From assembly GCA_034722035.1 (NCBI GenBank), contig JAYENK010000029.1, positions 5,739-69,738 of the forward strand: a stretch of 64,000 nt of DNA, read 5' to 3'. The notes under the pieces are model-generated. The model ran no database searches, was not told the DNA's origin, and saw only the letters and a program-made list of their open reading frames with translations. Position numbers and translations under genes: made by a program. Numbering within the stretch: position 1 is the first letter of the stretch; every line of letters begins with the position of its first letter. This document shows, piece by piece, positions 9,510 through 19,263 of this stretch. The DNA is from Patescibacteria group bacterium. GTDB lineage: Bacteria > Patescibacteriota > Patescibacteriia > Patescibacteriales > UBA12075.

Positions 9510-9848
9510 ATGACAGACGACAAAAAAACCGAGGCACCGAGTTTTAATCAAAAAATCAGGATCAAAATTAAAGCTTTTGATCACAAGATTATTGATCAAT
9601 CAACCCGTACTATTATTGATACGGCGAATAGAAGTGGAGCTAGCGTATTTGGACCGATTCCACTTCCGACTGAAAAAAAGAAGTATACGGTTAATCGTTC
9701 TACTTTTGTACACAAAAACGCGCGTGATCAATATGAAATGAGAACGCATAAAAGATTGATTGACATTATTGATCCTTCAGCTAAAACAATCGAAGATTTG
9801 ACTAGTTTAAATTTACCGGCTGGAGTTGATGTTGAGATTAAAATGTAG
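9510..9848 (+). CDS. rpsJ: 30S ribosomal protein S10
   Basis: [35 protein letters not shown]. Confidence 0.98.
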   Translation: MTDDKKTEAPSFNQKIRIKIKAFDHKIIDQSTRTIIDTANRSGASVFGPIPLPTEKKKYTVNRSTFVHKNARDQYEMRTHKRLIDIIDPSAKTIEDLTSLNLPAGVDVEIKM

Positions 9849-9925
9849 TTTTTACACTTCGTGTAAGCCCATCTACGCCTGCCCGCATTGGGAGGGAACA
9901 GGGCACATGTGAATAGACAAGGGAC

Positions 9926-9954
9926 TTGCTTTTTTTATAGAAATAGTATATAGT
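9926..9954 (+). promoter_or_regulatory. Candidate promoter for rplC and downstream genes
   Basis: TTGCTT-17 nt-TATAGT in the 286-bp rpsJ-rplC gap. Confidence 0.45.
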
Positions 9955-10134
9955 GATTTTAGCATATTTTTATGTTAATTATTATATAATAAAATTTGTT
10001 TTAATAACTCTTGATATAAGAAAGTATTAAAATAGAAATTATTATAAAAGAAAGGAATTCACGATAAAAATTTAAATCATCCAAAAGAAATAGGCTGGTT
10101 TTTTGTTCGTGCAAGACCAGTATTTTTTATTTTT

Positions 10135-10827
10135 ATGAAGTTTATTATAGGGAAAAAAATTGAAATGACCCAGGTATGGCAAGAGGGCAAGGTGGTAGCT
10201 GTTACTAAAGTTTTGGTTAATCCTTGCACTGTGGTTCAGGTTAAAAATGTTGATAAGGATGCTTACATGGCAGTACAGCTTGGTTATGGTACGCGGCAGG
10301 AAAAGAATATTAAAAAACCACAAAAAGGTCATTTTAAAAATTTAAATAATTTTGAATTTTTAAGAGAATTCAGAGTTGGTATTGGTGATTTAAGCCGTGG
10401 AGACATGTTTAATGTTTCTAGTTTTGCGCTTGGTGACACCGTTCAGGCAAGTGGAGTAAGCAAAGGTAAAGGTTTTCAGGGAGTTGTGAAACGACATGGT
10501 TTTAAAGGAACAAAAAAAACTCATGGAAACAAAGATCAGCTAAGAATGCCCGGTTCAATTGGTGCAACCGGTCCGGCTCATGTTTTTAAAGGCACCAGGA
10601 TGGGTGGTCGCATGGGTGGAGACAATGTAACAATAAAAAATTTAGAAATAATTAAAATAGACGAAAAGGAAAATGTTTTATATATTAAAGGAGCAGTTCC
10701 TGGAGCAAGAAATTCTTATATTTTTATCATGGGTGAAGGAAATATGAAAGTGGTAAGCAAAAAAGATGAAAAAGTAGAAAATAAAGCAGATGAAAAGAAA
10801 GATATTAATAACCGGGAAGTCCTTTGA
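10135..10827 (+). CDS. rplC: 50S ribosomal protein L3
   Basis: GKKIEMTQ, SKGKGFQGVVKRHGF, RMPGSIG, KGAVPG. Confidence 0.98.
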   Translation: MKFIIGKKIEMTQVWQEGKVVAVTKVLVNPCTVVQVKNVDKDAYMAVQLGYGTRQEKNIKKPQKGHFKNLNNFEFLREFRVGIGDLSRGDMFNVSSFALGDTVQASGVSKGKGFQGVVKRHGFKGTKKTHGNKDQLRMPGSIGATGPAHVFKGTRMGGRMGGDNVTIKNLEIIKIDEKENVLYIKGAVPGARNSYIFIMGEGNMKVVSKKDEKVENKADEKKDINNREVL

Positions 10828-10863
10828 TAAGCTCAGGATTCTTTGAAAAAAAAGTAAAATAAT

Positions 10864-11514
10864 ATGTCAATTAGTGTAAAAACATATAATATAAAGGGTG
10901 AAGAGTCAGGAAAGATTAAACTTGATGAAAAAGTATTTGCTGTAAAAACAAATGAAGCTTTGGTACACCAAGTAATGGTCGCGCAAACCGCAAATGAAAG
11001 ACAAATGATTGCTCATACCAAGGATCGCAGTGAAGTACGCGGTGGTGGACGCAAACCTTGGCGTCAAAAGGGGACTGGCCGGGCTCGAGCCGGATCAAGT
11101 CGTTCTCCAATTTGGATTGGAGGCGGCGTAACTTTTGGTCCGCGCAATGAACGTAATTTTAAAAAACAAATAAATAAAAAAATGAAGCAAAAAGCTTTGC
11201 TCATGGTGTTGTCCGATAAAGTTGAAAGCAAACAAATTTTTGTTTTAGATGAATTGAGTTACGAAAAACCGAACACAAAACAAGCGGCTGAGATGTTTGA
11301 AAAAATCGTTAAAAAGGATAATAAAGAAAACAAAATAAGTATTCTAGTTGTTAATGGCAAGGTTGATAAAAAAGCTTGGTATTCAATTCGTAATTTAGTT
11401 GGTGCAAAATATATCAATATCGATAATATTAATATATTAGATTTATTAAAAAAGAAAAATTTGTTTTTGACTAAAGAAGCGGTAAAAATTTTGGAAGAAA
11501 AATATAGCAAATAA
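10864..11514 (+). CDS. rplD: 50S ribosomal protein L4
   Basis: TKDRSEVRGGGRKPWRQKGTGRARAGS, GGGVTFGP. Confidence 0.98.
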   Translation: MSISVKTYNIKGEESGKIKLDEKVFAVKTNEALVHQVMVAQTANERQMIAHTKDRSEVRGGGRKPWRQKGTGRARAGSSRSPIWIGGGVTFGPRNERNFKKQINKKMKQKALLMVLSDKVESKQIFVLDELSYEKPNTKQAAEMFEKIVKKDNKENKISILVVNGKVDKKAWYSIRNLVGAKYINIDNINILDLLKKKNLFLTKEAVKILEEKYSK

Positions 11515-11520
11515 AGCAAT

Positions 11521-11976
11521 ATGGGAATATTTAATAAAGTAAAAAAAGAAAAAGACAATAAAAGTACCGGCAAAAAATCTAGTATGAAGGATTTGTATGA
11601 AGATAAAGACAAGCAAAAAAGTGAAAAAAGCAAAGAGAGTTCGGTAAAAGCTGTTGCTACAGCTAAAACCGACAAAACTGATGCAAAACTTGGAAATGCT
11701 TATCAGATTTTAGTTCGACCTTTAATTACAGAAAAGGCAGCCAATCTTGGCTCTGAAGATAAATATGTATTTGCTGTAAATAAAAATGCAAATAAAATAG
11801 AAATTGCTAAAGCGATTAATGAAGTATACGGTATTAAGCCGATTGCGGTAAATATTGTTCGAGTAGGTGGGAAAAAGGTGCGTCATGGACGAGTTCAGGG
11901 TCGGCGCAAAGATTGGAAAAAAGCAATAGTGACTTTACCTAAAGGTAAAACTATAAATATTTACGAAGGCGTTTAA
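11521..11976 (+). CDS. rplW: 50S ribosomal protein L23 with a ~55-aa charged N-terminal extension
   Basis: PLITEKA, ANKIEIAKAI, WKKAIVTL. Confidence 0.96.
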   Translation: MGIFNKVKKEKDNKSTGKKSSMKDLYEDKDKQKSEKSKESSVKAVATAKTDKTDAKLGNAYQILVRPLITEKAANLGSEDKYVFAVNKNANKIEIAKAINEVYGIKPIAVNIVRVGGKKVRHGRVQGRRKDWKKAIVTLPKGKTINIYEGV

Positions 11977-11991
11977 ATAATTATCAAACAC

Positions 11992-12840
11992 ATGGGAATT
12001 AAGAAAAGAAAACCAATAACTTCAGGTCTCAGATCAGCTAGTTTTGATGATTTTTCTGATATCACCAAAAATAGTCCGGAAAAACGTTTGACCAAAACCA
12101 AGAAACGAATTAGCGGTCGTAATGCGCAAGGAAGAATTACTATTCGTCATCGTGGTGGCGGAGCCAAGCGTCGATTACGTATTATTGATTTTAAAAGAGA
12201 TAAATTTGATATATCAGCAACAGTAAAAGAAATAGAGTATGATCCAAATCGAGGCGCAAGAATAGCTTTGCTTTATTACGCAGACGGAGTAAAACGATAT
12301 ATTATTGCTCCGAGTGGACTTAAGCAGGGATGCCAGGTTATTAGCAGTCAAAACAAGATTGAAATAAAACGTGGCAATGCTATGCCTGTTCAATACATAC
12401 CGGCTGGCATCGCTATTCATAATGTTGAATTAGAACCGGGGTATGGCGCTAAAATTGCTCGCGGTGCCGGGAATAGCGTATTAATTATGGGTGTTGAAGG
12501 AAAATTTGCACAGTTAAAAATGCCGTCCGGTGAAATTCGTTTAGTCAAAAAAGATTGTATGTGTACAGTTGGGGTAAGCAGTAATTCGAATAAACGACAT
12601 ATAAAGCTTGGCAATGCCGGACGTAAAAGACATTTGGGCTTTCGTCCAACTGTTCGCGGAACAGTTATGAATCCGGTAGATCATCCGCATGGTGGCGGTG
12701 AGGGTAACCAGTCAATTGGTATGAAGCATCCAAAAACACCTTGGGGTAAGCCGGCGCTTGGAGTTAAAACCAGAAAAAAGAAAAAATCTAGCAATAAATT
12801 AATTATAAAAAGACGTGGTAATAAAAGGCGTCGTCGATAA
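11992..12840 (+). CDS. rplB: 50S ribosomal protein L2
   Basis: [34 protein letters not shown]. Confidence 0.98.
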   Translation: MGIKKRKPITSGLRSASFDDFSDITKNSPEKRLTKTKKRISGRNAQGRITIRHRGGGAKRRLRIIDFKRDKFDISATVKEIEYDPNRGARIALLYYADGVKRYIIAPSGLKQGCQVISSQNKIEIKRGNAMPVQYIPAGIAIHNVELEPGYGAKIARGAGNSVLIMGVEGKFAQLKMPSGEIRLVKKDCMCTVGVSSNSNKRHIKLGNAGRKRHLGFRPTVRGTVMNPVDHPHGGGEGNQSIGMKHPKTPWGKPALGVKTRKKKKSSNKLIIKRRGNKRRRR

Positions 12841-12843
12841 AAT

Positions 12844-13125
12844 ATGCCAAGAAGTTTAAAAAAAGGACCATATGTCAATGAAAGGCTTTTGAATAAGATT
12901 AAGAACCTTAAGCCTGGTGACAAAACTGTTTTAAAAACTTGGGATCGTGCTTGTACGATTACTCCGGAAATGGTTGGTTTTATCATTGGCGTGCATGATG
13001 GCAGGAAACACGCTGAAGTACGGATTGTAGAAAATATGGTTGGCCATAAATTGGGTGAATTTGCTTTGACTAGAAAATTTGTCAGTCATGGCGGTAAAAT
13101 GGCAAAAACCCAGTCCAAAGGATAA
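12844..13125 (+). CDS. rpsS: 30S ribosomal protein S19
   Basis: [20 protein letters not shown]. Confidence 0.98.
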   Translation: MPRSLKKGPYVNERLLNKIKNLKPGDKTVLKTWDRACTITPEMVGFIIGVHDGRKHAEVRIVENMVGHKLGEFALTRKFVSHGGKMAKTQSKG

Positions 13126-13143
13126 ATAATTAAACTATTCGCA

Positions 13144-13719
13144 ATGGAAATAAAAGCTAAGACAAGATATGTAAAAATGTCTCCGCGCAAGGTGCGGGCG
13201 GTTATTGATGTTTTGCGTGGGCTTAAAATTGAAGAAGCAATGAATCAGCTTCAGTTTATTAACAAGTGGGCGGCGGTTCCGGTTCGAAAGCTTTTAGCTT
13301 CCGTCGTGGCTAATGCTGAACATAATTTTGAATTGAAAGAAGATAATTTATATATTAAAGAAATTAAAGTAGACGATGGACCAACTTTAAAACGTTGGAT
13401 GCCACGCGCACGCGGACGAGCCACCACCATTCGTAAACGATCTAGCCATATTGAATTGACGCTAGGTGAACTTGTGGATAGTGGTAAAACCGGTCCTAGA
13501 AAGCAAGAATTAGAAGCGCCAATTAAGCTGGGTAAAGAGCCAAAAGAAAATAAAGGCGTAAAAGTAGATAGCAAAAAAGAAGATGATAAAGAAAAGGGCA
13601 GTGAAGATAAAAAAGAAATTATTAATCCACGCGGACACGGTAAAGGAAAGAATACAAAAATTGAAGGTAAGAGTGAAAAAGGTTTTGCTAATAAAATTTT
13701 TAGACGCAAGTCTGGTTAG
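13144..13719 (+). CDS. rplV: 50S ribosomal protein L22 with a long charged C-terminal extension
   Basis: SPRKVR, ANAEHN, GPTLKRWMPRARGRA. Confidence 0.97.
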   Translation: MEIKAKTRYVKMSPRKVRAVIDVLRGLKIEEAMNQLQFINKWAAVPVRKLLASVVANAEHNFELKEDNLYIKEIKVDDGPTLKRWMPRARGRATTIRKRSSHIELTLGELVDSGKTGPRKQELEAPIKLGKEPKENKGVKVDSKKEDDKEKGSEDKKEIINPRGHGKGKNTKIEGKSEKGFANKIFRRKSG

Positions 13720-13732
13720 GTAATTATATACT

Positions 13733-14431
13733 ATGGGAAAAAAGATTAATCCAAAAATATTTCGAATTAGCGTAACTAAGAAATGGCCGTCCAAATGGTT
13801 TGCGACTGGCAGAAATTACGCAAAAAAAGTAGAGCAAGATGTTTGTACTCGCCGTTTTATATTAAAAGAATTAATGGAAGCTGGCGTTGATCGAGTAGAT
13901 ATTGAGCGCAATACCGACAAGATTAACGTTAATATTTATACGGCTAAGCCTGGTTTAATTATCGGTCGTGGTGGTACCGGAGTAGACGATTTAAAAAAGA
14001 AAATTCATAGCAAGTTTTTAAAAAATTATAAACCAAGTAATATTAATTTAGATATTCATGAATTTGATCGACCGAATTTGAGCGCACAGATTATTGTACA
14101 ATCAATGACAGTTGATATTGAAAAAAGAATGCCGTTTCGACGTGTAATGAAGCAAGCGATTTCTCGTGTGGAAAGAGCCGGCGCGCTTGGAGTTAAGGTG
14201 AAAGTATCAGGACGTTTGAATGGAGCAGAAATTGCTCGCTCAGAAATGCTGGCCAGCGGTAAGATTCCTTTACATACTTTGCGGGCTGATATTGATTATG
14301 CTCGCGGCTCGGTTCGTACTACTTATGGTGCGGTTGGGATTAAGATATGGATTTATAAAGGAGACAGATTTGAAGAATCCAGTGAAAAAAAGGGAGAGGT
14401 CCTAGGTAAAAAAACAGGACCAAGAAAATAA
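13733..14431 (+). CDS. rpsC: 30S ribosomal protein S3
   Basis: MGKKINP, KPGLIIGRGG, SGRLNGAEIARSE, PLHTLRADIDY. Confidence 0.98.
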   Translation: MGKKINPKIFRISVTKKWPSKWFATGRNYAKKVEQDVCTRRFILKELMEAGVDRVDIERNTDKINVNIYTAKPGLIIGRGGTGVDDLKKKIHSKFLKNYKPSNINLDIHEFDRPNLSAQIIVQSMTVDIEKRMPFRRVMKQAISRVERAGALGVKVKVSGRLNGAEIARSEMLASGKIPLHTLRADIDYARGSVRTTYGAVGIKIWIYKGDRFEESSEKKGEVLGKKTGPRK

Positions 14432-14455
14432 TTATTTAATTTTGAAGCAGATAAT

Positions 14456-14860
14456 ATGTTGATGCCGAAAAAATCTAAATATCGAAAGTCGCACAAAGGA
14501 CGAAGAGGCGGCAAGACCAATCGTAAGATAAAAATTGCCTTTGGCTCTTATGCGCTTAAAAGCAAGGAAGCACATTGGGTCACTTCACGTCAGATTGAAG
14601 CAGCGCGTCGAGTAATGACTCGTTACACTAAACGCGGCGGCAAGATTTGGATTCGTGTATTTCCGGATAAGCCAGTAACACAAAAGGGAGGTGAAATGCC
14701 GATGGGCAAAGGTAAAGGAGCGGTTGATCATTATGTGGTTGTAGTAAAGCCTGGTATGATAATATTTGAAATGGACGGTGTTGATGAAAAAATGGCTAAA
14801 GAGGCAATGGAATTGGCTGCTTACAAGCTACCGGTAAAGTGTAAATTTATAGTAAAATAA
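14456..14860 (+). CDS. rplP: 50S ribosomal protein L16
   Basis: [28 protein letters not shown]. Confidence 0.98.
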   Translation: MLMPKKSKYRKSHKGRRGGKTNRKIKIAFGSYALKSKEAHWVTSRQIEAARRVMTRYTKRGGKIWIRVFPDKPVTQKGGEMPMGKGKGAVDHYVVVVKPGMIIFEMDGVDEKMAKEAMELAAYKLPVKCKFIVK

Positions 14861-14869
14861 ATTAATATA

Positions 14870-15085
14870 ATGAATTATAAAGAATTAAAAAAGAAAAAAA
14901 CGAAAGATTTGCATAAAATATTAGCAGAAGCACGTAATAAGCTTAGAGAATTTCGTTTTAAAGACGCGAATAAACAGCTTAAGGATGTGCGGGTTATTCG
15001 CAAGACCAGAAATACTATTTCTCGCGTTTTAACATTATTAAATATAAAGTCAAAAGATTATGACCGAAAAAAAAGCAATAATTAA
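14870..15085 (+). CDS. rpmC: 50S ribosomal protein L29
   Basis: Position between rplP and rpsQ; LREFRF, IRKTRNTISRVLT. Confidence 0.93.
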   Translation: MNYKELKKKKTKDLHKILAEARNKLREFRFKDANKQLKDVRVIRKTRNTISRVLTLLNIKSKDYDRKKSNN

Positions 15086-15308
15086 AAAAAAATTTACCGG
15101 ATTGGTTGTTAGTGATAAAATGAATAAAACAATTGTAGCGCAGGTTGACAGAGTAAAACAACATTCAAAATATATGAAGCGCTATACAGTTAGTAAACGC
15201 TATAAAGTTCATGATGAGAAAGAACAGTATAAGGAAGGAGAGCAAGTTAATTTTATTGAATGTCGTCCAATGTCAAAAGACAAAAAATGGCGTGTAATGT
15301 ATAAATAG
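15060..15308 (+). CDS. rpsQ: 30S ribosomal protein S17
   Basis: GLVVSDKMNKT, VHDE, ECRPMSKDKKW. Confidence 0.97.
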   Translation: MTEKKAIIKKKFTGLVVSDKMNKTIVAQVDRVKQHSKYMKRYTVSKRYKVHDEKEQYKEGEQVNFIECRPMSKDKKWRVMYK

Positions 15309-15680
15309 ATGATACAAGTAGAGTCAAAATTAAAAGTAGCCGACAATTCAGGTGCCAAAAAAGTAAAGTGCATTAAGGTTCTTGGTGGATATAAAAAAAG
15401 ATATTGCCGAGTTGGTGAAGTTTTTACCGCTTCAGTCAGAGAAGCTACTCCGCATACAGCCATTAAAAAGGGCGATGTTATTCATTGTGTTTTGGTGCGC
15501 AACAAAAAGGAGATTCGTCGTTTTGATGGAACTTATTTGCGTTTTGATGATAATGCTTGTGTTGTTTTGGATAAAGAAAAGAAGGAACCGCGGGCAAGTC
15601 GTATTTTTGGACCAATCGCCCGTGAAGTAAGACGAAAAGGATATTTTAAAATAGCCAGTTTGGCACCAGAAGTTTTATAA
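15309..15680 (+). CDS. rplN: 50S ribosomal protein L14
   Basis: [30 protein letters not shown]. Confidence 0.98.
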   Translation: MIQVESKLKVADNSGAKKVKCIKVLGGYKKRYCRVGEVFTASVREATPHTAIKKGDVIHCVLVRNKKEIRRFDGTYLRFDDNACVVLDKEKKEPRASRIFGPIAREVRRKGYFKIASLAPEVL

Positions 15681-15696
15681 TTTTTTAATAGAGTTT

Positions 15697-16023
15697 ATGA
15701 ATATTAAGAAAGGGGACAAAGTAAAGTTACTTGCAGGAAAAGATAAGGGTAAAACCGGGAAGGTTTTGCAGGTGTTTGTGGACCGCAAAAAAGCCAGCAT
15801 TGAAGGGCTTAATTTACTTATTAAGCATATGCGTCCAAAAAAACAGGGCGAGAAAGGACAGCGAATTGAATTTCCGGCGCCAATGTCAATTTCTAATTTA
15901 ATTTTAGTATGTCCAAAATGTAATAAGCCTAGTCGAGTTGGTGTTAAAGCAATTAAATCAGAGAAAACAGGTAAAACTAAAAAATATCGAGTTTGTAAAA
16001 AATGTAATAAAGTAGTAGATTAA
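15697..16023 (+). CDS. rplX: 50S ribosomal protein L24
   Basis: KKGDKV, GKDKGKTG (KOW motif). Confidence 0.97.
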   Translation: MNIKKGDKVKLLAGKDKGKTGKVLQVFVDRKKASIEGLNLLIKHMRPKKQGEKGQRIEFPAPMSISNLILVCPKCNKPSRVGVKAIKSEKTGKTKKYRVCKKCNKVVD

Positions 16024-16033
16024 ATATACTAAA

Positions 16034-16576
16034 ATGAGATTACAAGAACAGTATAAAAAACAAATAGTGCCGGAACTTAAGAAGAAGTTTGCTTATAAAA
16101 ATATTTTTGAAGTGCCGTGCATTGAAAAGATAGTAGTTAATGTTGGTTTTGGTCGGCACAATAAAGATAAGCAATACATTAAAATGGTTGAAGAAGGTTT
16201 AACCCGCATTACCGGACAGAAGCCAATGCTCAATAAAGCTAAAAAATCAATTTCCGCGTTTAAAATAAGGGAAGGAAATATCATCGGCGCTTCAGTCACT
16301 TTACGCGGCAAGCGAATGTATGATTTTTTGGAAAAACTAATCAATGTTTCTTTTCCGCGAGTTCAAGATTTTCGTGGAATTAATAGCAAGGGGATTGATA
16401 GAACCGGAAATTTAACAGTCGGCTTTAAAGAGCATACATCTTTTCCGGAAATTAAGCTTGGCGAAGTTGATAATGTTTTTGGTCTAGAGCTTTCTTTGGC
16501 AACTAGCGCAAAAAATAAAGAAGAAGGTTTAGCCTTGTTTACTTTATTAGGATTTCCATTTAAGAAAAAACAATAA
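16034..16576 (+). CDS. rplE: 50S ribosomal protein L5
   Basis: ITGQKP, AKKSISAFKIREG, VTLRG, PRVQDFRG. Confidence 0.98.
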   Translation: MRLQEQYKKQIVPELKKKFAYKNIFEVPCIEKIVVNVGFGRHNKDKQYIKMVEEGLTRITGQKPMLNKAKKSISAFKIREGNIIGASVTLRGKRMYDFLEKLINVSFPRVQDFRGINSKGIDRTGNLTVGFKEHTSFPEIKLGEVDNVFGLELSLATSAKNKEEGLALFTLLGFPFKKKQ

Positions 16577-16580
16577 TACT

Positions 16581-16766
16581 ATGGCAAGAAAAGCACTAAT
16601 CGCTAAAACTAAAAAAACACCTAAATTTAGTACACGCAAAATACATCGTTGTTGGCGTTGTGGTCGTAATTGTGGCTATATGCGCGATTTTAATCTTTGT
16701 CGTATTTGTTTTCGTGAGCTTTCAGAGAATGGCGATATTCCCGGAGTAAGACGTTCGTCTTGGTAA
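16581..16766 (+). CDS. rpsN: 30S ribosomal protein S14, zinc-binding type Z
   Basis: 61 aa; RCWRCGR, LCRICFRE, PGVRRSSW. Confidence 0.97.
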   Translation: MARKALIAKTKKTPKFSTRKIHRCWRCGRNCGYMRDFNLCRICFRELSENGDIPGVRRSSW

Positions 16767-16806
16767 TAAATAATATAATAAAATAATTCAAATAATTAAA
16801 ATCACT

Positions 16807-17220
16807 ATGACAGATCCAATTGCTGATATGTTAACTCGGATAAGAAATGCCACAGCCGCCAAAAAAAGCGAGCTTGTTTTGCCAATGAGTAAAATTAAGC
16901 ATGAAATTGCTAAAATTTTACAAAAAGAGGGTTGGATTCTTGATGCGCGAACCGTCAAAAAACAAATAGCAAAGAATCAAAGCAATAGTTTTGATGAATT
17001 GAAAATAGTTTTAAAATATAAAAAAAGCGGTAAGCCTTTTATTGCTTCAATCAAAAGAATCAGTAAGCCGGGGCTTAGAATCTATGTCAAAAAAAATGAT
17101 TTGCCGAGAGTTTTGAATAATTTCGGAATGGCAATAATTTCTACCCCCAAAGGGCTTATGACGAATAAAGAGGCGCGAAAGGCTAATTTGGGTGGAGAGG
17201 TTCTGTGTGAAATTTATTAA
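16807..17220 (+). CDS. rpsH: 30S ribosomal protein S8
   Basis: TDPIADMLTRIRNA, SKPGLRIY, GGEVLCEI. Confidence 0.98.
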   Translation: MTDPIADMLTRIRNATAAKKSELVLPMSKIKHEIAKILQKEGWILDARTVKKQIAKNQSNSFDELKIVLKYKKSGKPFIASIKRISKPGLRIYVKKNDLPRVLNNFGMAIISTPKGLMTNKEARKANLGGEVLCEIY

Positions 17221-17235
17221 AAATATTTTAAAAAT

Positions 17236-17781
17236 ATGTCACGTTTAGGAAAATTACCAATTGAACTTGTTGACGGAACTGAAGCTCGTATTCAGGATGG
17301 TTTTGTAATTGTAAAAGGGAGAAAAGGGGAGTTAAAGCAAAAATTACATGATTTGGCTATGGTTAAAATTGAAGATAAGCAAATTATCGTTAGCATAAAA
17401 AATCCAAAAATAAAAAAAGAAAGAGCATTTTGGGGATTGTATCGCAGTTTGATTAATAATATGGTTATAGGAGTAAATGATGGCTTTGAAAAAAAGCTGG
17501 AAGTGGTTGGAGTTGGTTACCGTGTAGCGCTTTCTGGAAAAAATCTAAAATTAAATGTTGGTTTTTCTCATCAGGTTGATTTTTCTTTGCCAGATGGGAT
17601 AGAGGGAGCAGTTGAGGGGAATATAGTTACTATTAGCGGATTTGATAAGCAATTGGTCGGTGAAACTGCCGCCAAAATCAGAAAAATTAAAAAACCGGAG
17701 CCATATAAAGGCAAAGGGATTAAATATACAGACGAAATTGTTCGCCGCAAAGAAGGTAAGACAGCGGCCAAAGGAGAATAA
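17236..17781 (+). CDS. rplF: 50S ribosomal protein L6
   Basis: MSRLGKLPI, GVGYR, PEPYKGKGI. Confidence 0.98.
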   Translation: MSRLGKLPIELVDGTEARIQDGFVIVKGRKGELKQKLHDLAMVKIEDKQIIVSIKNPKIKKERAFWGLYRSLINNMVIGVNDGFEKKLEVVGVGYRVALSGKNLKLNVGFSHQVDFSLPDGIEGAVEGNIVTISGFDKQLVGETAAKIRKIKKPEPYKGKGIKYTDEIVRRKEGKTAAKGE

Positions 17782-17792
17782 TATAAATTTAT

Positions 17793-18149
17793 ATGGATAA
17801 AAATAAGAAAAAATTAAATAGTCGCATTCGTCGGCATAATCGAGTTCGAGCAAAAATATCCGGGACTGGCGTTCGTCCACGTCTTAGTGTTTTCAAATCA
17901 AATAGCAGTATTTATTTACAATTAATTGATGATAGAAATGGTAAAACTTTAGTTAGCGCGAACGTAAAGGAAGTAAGAAAGAAAGATTTAAATAAAACCG
18001 AGCAAGCAGCAGAATTAGGCAAGCTTATTGCGGAAAAAGCCAAGAAAGAAAAGATCGATGTAGTTGTTTTTGACAAAGGGCCTTATAAATATCATGGCCG
18101 TGTAAAGGCAGTGGCCGACGCAGCTAGAGAAAGCGGCCTTAAATTTTAA
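17793..18149 (+). CDS. rplR: 50S ribosomal protein L18
   Basis: [23 protein letters not shown]. Confidence 0.97.
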   Translation: MDKNKKKLNSRIRRHNRVRAKISGTGVRPRLSVFKSNSSIYLQLIDDRNGKTLVSANVKEVRKKDLNKTEQAAELGKLIAEKAKKEKIDVVVFDKGPYKYHGRVKAVADAARESGLKF

Positions 18150-18159
18150 ATTTATAAAC

Positions 18160-18819
18160 ATGGAAGAAGCTAAAAATAAAATTCAAGATAAGCCAAAGAG
18201 CGCACAGGGTAGCGCAGTTAACAAAACCGTTTATTCCAAAAGACGATCTGACAAAAAAAGAGCTCGTCCTAAAAGGTATGAGAAACCAAAGGATGAGTTT
18301 GATCAAAAAATTGTTGATATTGCGCGTGTTACCAGGGTGATGGCCGGTGGAAAACGAATGCGTTTTCGTGCTTGCGTTGCGATTGGCAATAAAAAAGGCA
18401 AGATAGCGGTTGGCATAGACAAGGGATCTGATGTTAGCATTGCGGTCAATAAGGCGGTAAATAAGGCAAAGAAAAAAATTGTAGATATTTCAATTGTAAA
18501 CGATACAATTCCGCATGAAGTTTATTATAAATATGGCGCAGCGAAAATTTTATTTCGTCCTGCCGGCGGCGGTCGAGGAATTATTTCTGGTGGAGCCACT
18601 CGCGCTATTTTAGAGTTGAGCGGTATCAAGAATATTACTACCAAAAATCTTGGAACAAATAATCCGGTTAATATTGCAAAATGCACGGTTGAAGCGCTTG
18701 ATAGCTTGAAAAAAGTTGAGGTAAAAAAGGATAATAAGAATTTAGAGAAAATAAAAAAAGAAAAAACTTCAGAGAACAAAATAGAAGAAAAAAATACAGA
18801 AAAAGCAAAGAATAAATAA
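18160..18819 (+). CDS. rpsE: 30S ribosomal protein S5 with N- and C-terminal extensions
   Basis: RVTRVMAGGKRMRF, TIPHEV, GIISGG. Confidence 0.97.
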   Translation: MEEAKNKIQDKPKSAQGSAVNKTVYSKRRSDKKRARPKRYEKPKDEFDQKIVDIARVTRVMAGGKRMRFRACVAIGNKKGKIAVGIDKGSDVSIAVNKAVNKAKKKIVDISIVNDTIPHEVYYKYGAAKILFRPAGGGRGIISGGATRAILELSGIKNITTKNLGTNNPVNIAKCTVEALDSLKKVEVKKDNKNLEKIKKEKTSENKIEEKNTEKAKNK

Positions 18820-18823
18820 AATT

Positions 18824-19249
18824 ATGTCATTATCAACTCATACAATCAAAGGTGCTAAGGGTTCGAGCAAAAAACGTAAACGGATCGGACGGGGTAATGC
18901 TTCCGGTACCGGGACTTATTCCGGTAAAGGACTTAAGGGGCAAAATTGCCGCTCTGGTGTTTCTAATTTAAAACGGCTTGGCATGAAGCAAGTGCTACTC
19001 CGTACTCCGAAAAAACGTGGTTTTAATTCGGTTAAGTCGAAAAAACAAGTTGTCAACTTAAGTGATTTAAATAAACATTTCAAAGAAGGTGAAATTGTGT
19101 CTAAGGAGTCATTGCTTAAAAAGGCTTTAGTTGATAATATTAAAGTAAATGTTAAAATTTTAGCTAAAGGTGAGTTAACAGTAAAGAATTTAAAGTTTAA
19201 AGACGTTTTAATGAGTGAAGCTGCTAAAAAACAGCTTAAAGTTAAATAG
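18824..19249 (+). CDS. rplO: 50S ribosomal protein L15
   Basis: KRIGRGNASGTGTYSGKGLKGQ, PKKRGF, VNLSDL. Confidence 0.96.
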   Translation: MSLSTHTIKGAKGSSKKRKRIGRGNASGTGTYSGKGLKGQNCRSGVSNLKRLGMKQVLLRTPKKRGFNSVKSKKQVVNLSDLNKHFKEGEIVSKESLLKKALVDNIKVNVKILAKGELTVKNLKFKDVLMSEAAKKQLKVK

Positions 19250-19263
19250 CAAGTAGATTTATT

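Noticed and set aside
3954-10827. Alternative genetic code (TGA = Gly, as in Gracilibacteria)
   Set aside because: TGA terminates the site-2 protease, rplC, the antiporter and rsmA at expected lengths, and the long conserved genes translate fully under code 11.
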